DNA from: Planctomycetes bacterium DG_23
GTDB taxonomy: Bacteria; Planctomycetota; DG-23
Direction of reading: 5' to 3'
Length of the DNA: 35,733 bases
Assembly: GCA_001302825.1 (NCBI GenBank)
Contig: LIZR01000005.1
Location: forward strand, 1-35,733
The notes under the pieces were generated by a model. The model made no database searches and was not told the DNA's origin. It saw only the letters and a program-made list of their open reading frames with translations. This document shows, piece by piece, positions 14,356 to 23,700 of this stretch (its first letter is position 1; each line of letters begins with the position of its first letter). The position numbers were made by a program, and so were the translations under genes.

Positions 14356-16788
14356 GTGCGGCGCATTAAAAAGGTGAGAAAGCGGGACGGCCGTGTCGTG
14401 CCCTTTAACAAACAAAAGATTGCCGATGCCATCTTCAAGGCCGCTCAGGCGGTGGGAGGCGAGGACCCCCTCCTGGCAGAGGAACTGGCGGGCGTGGTTG
14501 TCTTATTCCTGGAGAAACACTATGAGGGAGAAATTCCCGGGATTGAGGATATCCAGGATATGGTGGAGAAGGTGCTCATTGAGACCGGCCACGCCAAGAC
14601 GGCCAAGGCCTATATACTCTATCGGGATAAACGGGCCAGGATTCGTGAGGCCTTGCGAGTGAGAAAAGAACACATCGCCCCCAAAGATTCTACGGATATG
14701 AGCCTTATGGTGGACCCGGGCACCAAGGATGAGATTATGCCCTGGTCAAAGGGAAAGATAGTCACGGCGCTGGAGACCGAAGCGGATTTGGATACCGGCC
14801 TTGCCCAGGAGATTGCCTCCGCCGTGGAGAAGCGGGTCTTCTCCTCGGGTCTGAAGCGTATCTCCACCTCTTTAGTCCGAGAATTGGTGGATAATGAACT
14901 TTTTGAGCGCGGCCTTTCGGCCAAACTGGAGCAGCAATCAATAGTGGGTATGCCCAAATACGACCTGGAGCAATTAGTATTCTCCAAGAGCAACGAAAAT
15001 AGCAATATCACCGCCAATAATCCCGAGGCCATAAATCTGGCTATCGCCGAAAATACGCTAAAGCAATATGCCCTGCAGGAGATTTTCCCCAGGGAGGTGG
15101 CCGTGGCCCATCGTGAAGGCGTTATTCATCTTCACGACCTAGGCTATCCCACCCGGGTTTATTGCTCCAGCCATTCCCTGGAATATCTCAAGAAATACGG
15201 GCTGAGCCTGCAGAACCTGGACACCTCTTCCGCCCCGGCTCGGCACGCCCGCACGCTCACCGGCCATCTCAACACCTTTCTGGCATCAATGCAGGCTTAC
15301 TATGCCGGGGCCTTGGGCGTGGGCTATATCAACATATTTTACGCCCCTTATGTGGAGCAAATGAGTTATAAGATGATGAAGCAGGAAGCACAGCATCTCA
15401 TCTTCAGCGCCTCCCAGAGCGCTTTCTCCCGCGGCGGCCAGACCCTGTTCCTGGACTTCAATGTCCACACTGGAGTGCCTGCTTATCTTCGCTCCATTCC
15501 GGCCATGGGTCCCGGCGGCGTCTACACAAACAAGACCTACGGCGAATATGAGGGAGTGGCTCAGGAATTCTTGCGCGCTATGCTGGATGTCTGGAGGGAG
15601 GGAGACCAATTCGGCCATATCTTCGCCTTCCCTAAATGCGACCTGCATATTACCCAGGAGTCCTTCACCGACCCTAAGCAACTGGAACTGGCGAAATATG
15701 CTTGTCAGATTGCCAGCGAAAACGGTGTGCCTTACTTCGTCTTTGATCGGGACGAAGTTACCCTGGCCGCTTGCTGTCGGCTGCGTACCACCATTGAGGA
15801 TAATTTTATGATTCAGCATCCCGAAAGCATGCGTTTCTGCGGATTCCAAAATGTGACCATAAATTTGCCCCAGGCAGCCTATCGGGCCGGAAAGGGAAAC
15901 TTTGAAGGGCTTTTTGACGAAATTTCGCAGGCTATGGATTTGGCGGTTGAGGCGCATCTGGCCAAGCGCAAATTTATTTCCCGGCTGATGGCCACGCCGG
16001 AAATGCCTTTGTGGGAGATTGGCAAAAATGCGGCCGATGGCCGGCCTTATATAGACCTGAGCAAAGTTACCTATATTATAGGAATAGTAGGGCTAAACGA
16101 ATGTGTGCAGTATCTGACCGGGCGCGAACTGCACGAGGGAGATGATGTGGTAAAGTTGGGGCTAAAGATAATCTCCTTTATGTATTTTAAGGCCAAGGAA
16201 GCGGAGAAGAAACTGGGACTGAAATTTTCCTTGGAGGAATCTCCCGCAGAGAGCGCCACCAGACGGCTGGCCAAGATTGACCTTAGGAATTTCCCTGAGG
16301 CCCGGGAGGTTATCCGCGGCGATGTTGAAGAGGATGAATGCTTCTATACCAATAGCATCCATCTTCGCCCCGATGCCCCGGTAGACCTCTTAACCAGGAT
16401 CAAAATGCAGAGCAAGTTTCATACGATGATTGAATCCGGCGCCATCATCCATGCCTTCGTGGGCGAGCATCTACCGCCGGCCGAGAGCATCCTCAATCTG
16501 GTGAAAAAGACCTACGAAAAAACTCAGGCCGCCCAACTTACCATCTCCCCGGAATTCACCATCTGCAACCATTGCCACCAGACCACCAGGGGGCTTTCGG
16601 ATGTGTGTGCTTTGTGTGCTTCTTCCAATGTCTATCAAATAACCCGTATAGTGGGTTATTACAGCCGTATCAATAACTGGAATAAATCCAAACTCGGTGA
16701 ACTGAAGGCGCGCCGCCGCGGCAATTACCGTCTCTCGGAGGCCGCGCCCAAAAGGGCCGAAGTCAAACAACCCGTAGCCGCTTCCTGA
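14356..16788 (+). CDS. nrdD: Anaerobic (class III) ribonucleoside-triphosphate reductase NrdD
   Basis: GTG 14356 with GGGAGG 8 nt upstream. N-terminal ATP-cone (VRKRDGRVVPFNKQKIADAI), active-site LAACCRLRT, C-terminal Zn ribbon CNHCHQ...CALCAS and glycyl-radical motif TRIVGYYSR. Confidence 0.95.
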   Translation: MRRIKKVRKRDGRVVPFNKQKIADAIFKAAQAVGGEDPLLAEELAGVVVLFLEKHYEGEIPGIEDIQDMVEKVLIETGHAKTAKAYILYRDKRARIREALRVRKEHIAPKDSTDMSLMVDPGTKDEIMPWSKGKIVTALETEADLDTGLAQEIASAVEKRVFSSGLKRISTSLVRELVDNELFERGLSAKLEQQSIVGMPKYDLEQLVFSKSNENSNITANNPEAINLAIAENTLKQYALQEIFPREVAVAHREGVIHLHDLGYPTRVYCSSHSLEYLKKYGLSLQNLDTSSAPARHARTLTGHLNTFLASMQAYYAGALGVGYINIFYAPYVEQMSYKMMKQEAQHLIFSASQSAFSRGGQTLFLDFNVHTGVPAYLRSIPAMGPGGVYTNKTYGEYEGVAQEFLRAMLDVWREGDQFGHIFAFPKCDLHITQESFTDPKQLELAKYACQIASENGVPYFVFDRDEVTLAACCRLRTTIEDNFMIQHPESMRFCGFQNVTINLPQAAYRAGKGNFEGLFDEISQAMDLAVEAHLAKRKFISRLMATPEMPLWEIGKNAADGRPYIDLSKVTYIIGIVGLNECVQYLTGRELHEGDDVVKLGLKIISFMYFKAKEAEKKLGLKFSLEESPAESATRRLAKIDLRNFPEAREVIRGDVEEDECFYTNSIHLRPDAPVDLLTRIKMQSKFHTMIESGAIIHAFVGEHLPPAESILNLVKKTYEKTQAAQLTISPEFTICNHCHQTTRGLSDVCALCASSNVYQITRIVGYYSRINNWNKSKLGELKARRRGNYRLSEAAPKRAEVKQPVAAS

Positions 16789-16851
16789 GAACATATAATC
16801 ACCTAACTTACAAATCAAATTTTGCCATCTTTGGAAAGGGGGATTCGCGAG

Positions 16852-17130
16852 ATGACCGTGGCCATCTTCGGCAAAGAGGACTGTCAAATTTGCAAGGCCG
16901 CCAGGAAAAAGATAGCCTTTTTCCTCGGTAAATGGGGTTTGTCCGGGAAGGTGGCCACGAAATTTTACGATATGTCCACTGTGGATGGGATGGCTGAAGG
17001 GGCCTTCCACGATGTGCTTGAGATACCTACCACCATCATCTTTGCTGGCGAAAAGAGTCTGGCCCGCTGGGAAGGGAAACTCCCGCCTTCAAGTGAACTT
17101 GGTGCGCATCTCCAAAATTCCCTCAAGTAA
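16852..17130 (+). CDS. Thioredoxin-fold CxxC redoxin (glutaredoxin/NrdH-like), 92 aa
   Basis: ATG 16852 (AAGGGGGA 8 nt upstream). VAIFGKEDCQICKAARKKI carries a CxxC at the end of the first strand, and IPTTIIF is a cis-Pro-type loop. Both fit a small thioredoxin fold. The ORF-track start at 16822 is a non-ATG extension. Confidence 0.65.
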   Translation: MTVAIFGKEDCQICKAARKKIAFFLGKWGLSGKVATKFYDMSTVDGMAEGAFHDVLEIPTTIIFAGEKSLARWEGKLPPSSELGAHLQNSLK

Positions 17131-17162
17131 AATTAGGAAGAAAAACTTTTAAGGCCTTCTCT

Positions 17163-17885
17163 ATGCTCCCGGAAATAAAAGGTTTTATCCAGACCACGCT
17201 TATCGACTGGCCGGGGAAGATAGCCTCGGAGATTTTTCTCGCCGGCTGTAACTTCCGCTGCCCTTATTGCCATTCCCGCCATCTGGTAGTTGCCCCTCAG
17301 GAACTGGAGACCATTCCCCTTGATGCGGTGCTGGCACATCTTAAAAAGAATGCTGGCTGGATAGATGGAGTGGTGGTTTCGGGCGGTGAGCCTACGCTTC
17401 ATCAAGACCTCGGTGCACTTTTGGAGAAGTTCATTCGGTTGGGCTTGCCGGTCAAACTTGATACCAACGGCACCCGGCCTGAATTTCTTACAGAACTTTC
17501 CCGGGCCGGGCTCATCCATTATGTGGCTATGGACATTAAGGCCCCCCTGGATGAGCGCTACTTTGGCTCCTCTGGCGTTAAATGTGACCTGGAAGCCGTT
17601 CGCCACAGCATCGATTTTCTACTCCAGGATAACCTGGACTACGAGTTTCGCACTACGGTCTGTCCGGCCTTCTTGGAGCGAAAAGACATATGCGATATTG
17701 CGCGGCAGATTGAGGGCGCCAGGCGTTACATTCTGCAGAATTTCCGACCGGTGAATTGCCTGGACCCGAAAATGGAAGAAGTTGACCCCTTTCCAAAGGA
17801 ACTCTTGCAGGAGATGGCTTCGGAAGCGCGGGCGTTTGTGGGTGAGGTGAGCGTGCGCGGCGAAATTCCCTCGGTCTCTGCTTAA
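17163..17885 (+). CDS. nrdG: Anaerobic RNR activating enzyme NrdG (radical SAM)
   Basis: IKGFIQTTLIDWPGKIASEIFLAGCNFRCPYCHS (CX3CX2C radical SAM cluster), VVVSGGEPTL, and a position directly downstream of nrdD. Confidence 0.9.
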   Translation: MLPEIKGFIQTTLIDWPGKIASEIFLAGCNFRCPYCHSRHLVVAPQELETIPLDAVLAHLKKNAGWIDGVVVSGGEPTLHQDLGALLEKFIRLGLPVKLDTNGTRPEFLTELSRAGLIHYVAMDIKAPLDERYFGSSGVKCDLEAVRHSIDFLLQDNLDYEFRTTVCPAFLERKDICDIARQIEGARRYILQNFRPVNCLDPKMEEVDPFPKELLQEMASEARAFVGEVSVRGEIPSVSA

Positions 17886-17889
17886 AATG

Positions 17890-17935
17890 AAGGCAAATTT
17901 CGCTTCGGTGTTCCTGGAATTTGCCTTTATTTTTT
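17890..17935 (+). terminator. Rho-independent terminator of the nrd operon
   Basis: A perfect 10-bp stem, AAGGCAAATT (17890-17899) with AATTTGCCTT (17918-17927), extendable outward, followed by TATTTTTT. It starts 5 nt after the nrdG stop. Confidence 0.8.
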
Positions 17936-17998
17936 GTCCACATTATATTAGAATACAAAAGTGATTTTTTGGCGTATTTAGAGATAAGAGAGGCTCAA

Positions 17999-18985
17999 GT
18001 GAAGGAAGCGCTTCACTGGCGAAAACTGAAAGATGGACGGGTTCACTGCCAACTTTGCCCCCATTACTGTGTGATAGCCGATGGTGAAGTGGGCAAATGC
18101 CGGGTGAGAAAGAATATTGAGGGGGTGCTCTATTCGTTGATTTATGCCCGGGCCACCTCCGTGGCTATGGACCCCATAGAGAAAAAGCCCCTTTATCATT
18201 TTTATCCTTCCACCAGCATTCTTTCTCTGGGCACCAATGGCTGTAATTTCGTATGTCCCTGGTGCCAGAACTGGCATATCTCCCAGGCCACCGCATCTAC
18301 AGAAGAGGTCTCGTCCCAGCGGGCCGTGAAGCTGGCTCAGCGCGCCGGTTCCATAGGCATCGCCTACACCTATAACGAGCCCCTAATCTGGTTTGAATAT
18401 GTTGTGCATACTGCCAAACTTGCCCACGACAGTGGCCTTAAGAATGTCTTGGTGACCAATGGATATGTAAATCAGGAACCTTTGGAAGAACTTCTTCCCT
18501 ATATGGACGCTCTGAATATTGACATAAAGTCTATGGAAGAGGATTTCTACAGGGAATATTGCGGTGCGAGACTTGCGCCTGTGCTGGAGACGGCCAAAAC
18601 AGCGAAGGCTTCGGCTCATATAGAACTTACCAATCTGCTCATCACCGGAGAAAACGATTCTCCGCAGGGAATCGAAAAATTCGTCGACTGGGTGGAAGAA
18701 AACCTCGGGCCCGAAACCCCGGTGCATTTCTCCGCTTACTTCCCCAGCTATCGCTTCAGCGCCCCGGCCACCCCACTTTCCTCTCTCCTTTCCGCTTATT
18801 CCATCGCTACCCAGCGACTTCACTATGTATATCTGGGCAATGTCAATGCCCCGGAAGGTCGGGATACGCTCTGCCGGCATTGCGGTGCCACTATTATAAG
18901 TCGCCTCGGATATAGCACCGATATTTCCGCTCTCAGTGATGGTAAATGTAAGGCCTGTGGCGGCGAAAATAATATTGTGGCCTAA
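17999..18985 (+). CDS. AmmeMemoRadiSam-system-type radical SAM enzyme (PFL-activase-like)
   Basis: GTG 17999 (AGAGAGG upstream) gives MKEALHWRKLKDGRVHCQLCPHYCVIADGEVGKCRVR, the N-terminal auxiliary Cys motif. It also has MDPIEKKPLYHF and GTNGCNFVCPWCQNWHIS (CX3CX2C). The ORF-track start TTG 17921 lies inside the nrdG terminator and is rejected. Confidence 0.8.
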   Translation: MKEALHWRKLKDGRVHCQLCPHYCVIADGEVGKCRVRKNIEGVLYSLIYARATSVAMDPIEKKPLYHFYPSTSILSLGTNGCNFVCPWCQNWHISQATASTEEVSSQRAVKLAQRAGSIGIAYTYNEPLIWFEYVVHTAKLAHDSGLKNVLVTNGYVNQEPLEELLPYMDALNIDIKSMEEDFYREYCGARLAPVLETAKTAKASAHIELTNLLITGENDSPQGIEKFVDWVEENLGPETPVHFSAYFPSYRFSAPATPLSSLLSAYSIATQRLHYVYLGNVNAPEGRDTLCRHCGATIISRLGYSTDISALSDGKCKACGGENNIVA

Positions 18986-19108
18986 GATGGCCAAATTTCT
19001 TGTTCAAAGACTTCACTAATTCTCGGGCCTTAACATATCTATTAAGTGGCACGGGAAAATCCTCAAGGAAAAGGCTATTTATGCCGATATAGGAAAAGGA
19101 GGTGATGT

Positions 19109-20725
19109 ATGGGGAGATTTTGGAAAAAGGTTTTAACCAGAGGGCATGGGCTGGCCATAGTGGCGTTAATCCTGGGCCTGGGGGCTTGCACTGTGGCGGG
19201 GAAGTCTGAGCCCGTGACTCTGACAGATGTGACTGCCGAATTGGGCCGAAGGGGCTTGCGAGGTTTGCCGGCTCTGGACTACCTGGGCCTTTCCCGGCAA
19301 ACCACCGTGGCCGAATTGACTGAACTTCGGGCCACTGACTTTGTTGAAGTGGAAGGATATGGGTTAGTGATAGGGCTGAGGGAGAAGGGCTCTTCGGCCC
19401 CACCCGAACCTATGCGCAGCGAACTCAAGAAAGAGTTAGCCAGGCAGGGCTATGATAGGGACATAATACCCGATATGCTGGAATCGCTGGATACGGCCTG
19501 GGTAAGGGTCTGGGGACGCATACCGCCTGCTGCCCCTAAAGGCTCATCATTTGACTGTTTCGTGGAGGCCGGTAGCCCCTCAGTGGACTTAACCGGCGGC
19601 TATCTTCTAAGGGCTAACCTTTATTGGGGTCTAACGGAAGCAGAAGGATATGTGGATGTCAAGGCCACTGCCCAGGGCCCGGTAGGCGCTGGAGGATTTG
19701 ATTATAAGGCCGTGCATTCCGGTAGGGGCATTGTGCACCAGGGAGTAATCCTCGGAGGCGGAACCGTCTTAGATACCCGAGTCCTTTATCTGAATCTTAA
19801 AGAACCAAACCCTAAGTTCGCTTTGGGCTTAACTTTACTCATAAATAGCAGATTTTCCGCTCGGGCAGCGGTAGTATCCGAACAGCAAATTATGTTGGGG
19901 GTGCCCCCTCAATACCTTGATGACTGGAAGCGCTTCACCCAGGTGGTGGACAAAAGGGCCTCTTGGATGCTGGATGAAGAGGGGCGCTATGGTATGCTGG
20001 ACGAGATTTACAAAACCCTAATACATGCAGAAGGTGACGAGGTGAGTGAAGTAGCCTTATACCTGGAAGCCATTGGCCCGCCTGCTGCGGACCATTTGCG
20101 GGCCGCGCTCAGGCTGCCGGATAGGGAAGTGCGCTATCAAGCGGCTAAAGTTCTTGCCTTTAGCAGAGACCAAAGCGCAAGCGAAGCGCTCTATGAATTC
20201 GCCACCACCGGCACCCCCGCTCGCCGAGTAGAGGCGACAAGGCTTTTGGGCAAGACGGGCGGGGCCTCCAGCGTGCCCCTTTTGGCCCGCCTTCTGGCAA
20301 GCGAGATATACCAGGTGCGTTGGGAGGCTATGCAGGCCCTGCAAGCCTTGAAGGACGAAACCTACATCCGGGTTGATGAGATGCGCCATTTCCAACTATT
20401 GGCCGTACGTGGCGAAATTGAGCAAGTCATTCTTGTCAATCAAAGGGGCCTGCCCAAGATAATGCTCTTCGGCGAAAACATCTCCGTGATACCCCCGGCC
20501 ACCGTTGAGGTAAGGGGCGGGCTGGTTAATCTCCTCTTTGAAAAGGATGGAGCCACGGCTTATTTCTGGCAAGGCAAAGAACGCAAAAAACTTGAACTGT
20601 CTCTCAGAGTCAGAGATATAGTGAAACTGCTGGTAACCTTAAACTTAAATTTTTATGACATTGTACAAGTGTTGGAAGATCTGAGTAAGGCTGGGGCCTT
20701 GAGAGCCCAGGTGGTTTCCATTTAG
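19109..20725 (+). CDS. FlgI (flagellar P-ring)-family lipoprotein with an internal HEAT-repeat insertion
   Basis: ATG 19109 after AAGGAGGTGA. Lipobox LGLGAC. VEGYGLVIGLREKGS, IPPAAPKGSSFDCFVEAGSPSVDLTGGYLLRANL, ATAQGPVGAGG and the C-terminus LNLNFYDIVQVLEDLSKAGALRAQVVSI parallel the E. coli FlgI motifs GYGLVVGLDGTGD, LPPFGRQGQTIDVVVSS..SLRGGTLLMTPL, ALAQGNILVGG and [28 protein letters not shown] (from memory). About 20035-20360 encodes HEAT-like repeats (REVRYQAAKVLAF..., ARRVEATRLLGK..., YQVRWEAMQALQAL). Confidence 0.65.
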   Translation: MGRFWKKVLTRGHGLAIVALILGLGACTVAGKSEPVTLTDVTAELGRRGLRGLPALDYLGLSRQTTVAELTELRATDFVEVEGYGLVIGLREKGSSAPPEPMRSELKKELARQGYDRDIIPDMLESLDTAWVRVWGRIPPAAPKGSSFDCFVEAGSPSVDLTGGYLLRANLYWGLTEAEGYVDVKATAQGPVGAGGFDYKAVHSGRGIVHQGVILGGGTVLDTRVLYLNLKEPNPKFALGLTLLINSRFSARAAVVSEQQIMLGVPPQYLDDWKRFTQVVDKRASWMLDEEGRYGMLDEIYKTLIHAEGDEVSEVALYLEAIGPPAADHLRAALRLPDREVRYQAAKVLAFSRDQSASEALYEFATTGTPARRVEATRLLGKTGGASSVPLLARLLASEIYQVRWEAMQALQALKDETYIRVDEMRHFQLLAVRGEIEQVILVNQRGLPKIMLFGENISVIPPATVEVRGGLVNLLFEKDGATAYFWQGKERKKLELSLRVRDIVKLLVTLNLNFYDIVQVLEDLSKAGALRAQVVSI

Positions 20726-20759
20726 GCCTGGGAAAGCACAATCCCGTGGGTTCTGAGAT

Positions 20760-23700
20760 ATGTTCCTGAAGCAACTTAAGATATCCGGCTTCAAATCCTT
20801 TGGGGAGAAGACCGAGTTCCTTTTTGACCAGGGACTAACGGCCTTAGTGGGGCCCAACGGGTGCGGCAAGAGTAATCTGGTGGATGCGGTTAAATGGATT
20901 CTTGGGGAGCAAAGCCCCAAGAGCCTGCGTGCCCGGGAGATGGCCGACCTTATATACGATGGTGGCGCTTCCGAGCGTGCTTTAGGCTTTGCCGAGGCCA
21001 CATTGGTTCTGAGTCTGGATGGCCACGATAGCCAGGCGGAAGATGGAGAGGTTCTCATTACCCGCCGGGTATATCAGAGTGGCGAAGGCGAATATCTTCT
21101 GAATAACGAGCCCTGCCGACTCAGGGATATTCGCGAACTTCTTATGGACACTGGCCTCGGTGCCAGCGCTTACTCGGTCATCGAGCAAGGCAAGGTGGAT
21201 TTTCTCCTCTCCGCTGGGCGCCAGGAACGGCGTATGATTCTGGACGAGGCCGCCGGTATTAACAAATTTAAGCAGAGAAAAAAAGAGGCCCTGGCCAAAC
21301 TGGATAGAGTGGAGATGAATCTCCTTCGCCTGGGCGATATCATCCAGGAGGTGAAGCACCAACTTCGCTCCATAAAATATCAGGCCGGGCGTGCCCGCAC
21401 CTTCCGACGCTTGAAGCGACTCCTTCACACTATGCAACTCACCTGGGCCCTGCACAACTATCACGGCCTTTATAGTGAGAAAGAGTCACGGGAGCGGGAA
21501 CTTTCTCTTCTGACAAAGAAGAAGTCCGGTCTTGAAACCAAGGCCCGGGAAATTGCGCAAAGAAGGGAACACCTTGAGGCACAGGCCTCCTCTCTCCGTA
21601 ATGAGGCCGCACACCTTACTCAGCAAAAAGCCACCCTCAAGGCTCAAGAGACTTCCCTCTCAGAGCAAATTGAATTTAACGAGAAGAGAATAGAAGAACT
21701 TACTCAAGAGACGGATAGGCTCCAGCGCTCTGAGGCTCATATTCGTAAGCGTCTCGCAGAATTAGAGGTTCAAATTTCTGATGAGACGAAGGCCCTGGCA
21801 AATCTTCAGGAGGAAAAGGGCAAGAACGAGCGCCGCCTCGAAGAGTCCCGCAGAGAATCTCAGGAAATAGCCAGCCGTCTGCAGGAACTTAGACTTCATC
21901 TGGCCACGAGAAAAAATCAGGTGGTTGAGATTGCCAGTGTTCTGGCAAGACTTCAGAATAAAAAGGCGGTGCTTACCACCCAACAGGAAAGTCAGAAGCA
22001 CGGGCTCAAGCGTCTTAAAACCAAGGCCTCCGAGGTGCGTAGCCAACTGGAGGCTATCCTTTCTCGGAAAGACGCCCTTAAAAATAACGAGACTCAACTT
22101 CTCACTCAGGATGAAGCGCTGGAGCACGCGCTTGGGGAATTGAGAGGTAAGGCGCACCAGTTAGAAACGGCCCTGGCCGAGATAGCCCAGAAGTGCGCCA
22201 GGAATCTTCGCCTGAGTGAGGCCCTTGCATCCCAGCGCGAACTGCTGCAGAACTTGATATCGCGCCGCGAAGGCGTGGACGCCGGTGCCGCGGCCGTCCT
22301 GGAGGCCTCTTCCCAGAACCGACTTCAAGGCATCAAAGGCCTCCTGGCCGATTTTGTTTCTGTGTCTCAAGCCTTCGCCCTTGCAGTGGAAGCAGCCCTG
22401 GAAGATATAGAGCAGTATATTATAACCGAGAATCGGAAGGCGGCCCTTGCAGCCTTGGACTTCGTTGATAAAAAAAATCACCGGGCCGCCTTCATACCTT
22501 TGGATGCCTTCAAATCTTCATCGTTCATCGTTAACCGTTCACCAGCCAAGGGCGAAGGGCGAGCGGCGAGCGGTGAGCGCTTGGACTTTCCAATTCCTTT
22601 GATTAGCGTAGTTGAGGCAGAGGAAACAGCCAGAGCAGTCGTGGAATCTCTTCTGAGCGATTTCTTTTTGGTAGAGAATCTGGCCCAGGCCGAAGCACTC
22701 CGGGCCAACGGTTACGCGGACAAGATACTGGTCACCTTGGATGGAGAGATAGTGAAGCCTCCGGGGATAATAGCGGGGGGAAAGCAAGGTGGGGGCGGCC
22801 TCATTATGCGGAGTAGTCGCCTTGCTGAGATAGAAGAGCACCTCCGCGTTTTGGCCCAGGAGCACATAAGTCTGGAGGAGGAAAAGGAGAAAAAGTCCTT
22901 AGAACTTCAAAATATGCAAAAACAGAGCTCCAGTCTTGAGGCCAACCGCAGAGAACTTGCCGAGAAACTTGTACAATGCCGTAATGAACTTTCTCGCGTT
23001 TCTCTTTCAGAGAAGACCTTGAGCGATGAAACGGAAGTGAGCCGCCTGGAGATAGAAGAGGTCGAAGCCGAACTTAATAGACTACGCTTTGAGGACGAGG
23101 GTCTCGGGAATGAGATAAACCAGAAAAGTGAAGATAAGTCTCAAACGGAAGCGGAGGTCGCCTCCCTTGAAGGAGAAATTAGAGCGACCGAAGAAGAGTC
23201 TTTAAGGCTTGGTTCTTTGGTAGCGAAATTAGAAGTTACTATAACTGAAGGCGAAAAAAGATTTGAGGCTGCCCAGAGCCTCCTGGGCGAGTTAAGGAAA
23301 AACTTGGCTGAGCGCTCTGAGGAACTTTCCGCTATGGAGGAAAAAAGGTGCGTAACCAGAAATAAGATTGCTCAAACCGAGCGAGAGATAGAGGCCAAAA
23401 AAACACTTCTTGTCCAGGTGCGGCAAGAATGCGCCCAGGCAAATGCCGAACTCTCTCGTCTCCAGCAGAAGGAAAATGCCCTGGCGTCTTCCTTAAGAGA
23501 GACAGCAAGCGCTCAAGATGAGATAAATGCTTCAATTTCAGAAGTTTCTCAGGAAATATCCCGGCTGGAACTTGCCCAAAAAGAGACTTGTGTCAGGATG
23601 ACCAACTGGGAGGAGCGCATAGAGGAGGAGTTTTCCGAGAGGCTCTCACACTTGCATTCCCGCTTCTTATCCTCTGCTTCTGATCCAGATGCGGTGGCTT

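Noticed and set aside
13807-14415. 202-aa minus-strand ORF overlapping nrdR and the start of nrdD
   Set aside because: It is fully antisense to a gene with unmistakable NrdR motifs. It has no recognisable motifs of its own and is a typical shadow ORF of a moderately GC-rich coding region.
15286-15957. 223-aa minus-strand ORF inside nrdD
   Set aside because: It is antisense to a conserved part of NrdD and has no motifs or start context.
17921-17998. N-terminal extension of the radical SAM ORF starting at TTG 17921
   Set aside because: The TTG lies inside the 3' arm and T-tract of the nrdG terminator. GTG 17999 has an SD and yields the family-typical MKEAL... N-terminus.
19047-19062. TGGCAC upstream of the FlgI-like gene as a sigma54 -24 element
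   Set aside because: The -12 position reads AATC instead of TTGC/TGC at the required spacing, so it is not a credible sigma54 promoter.
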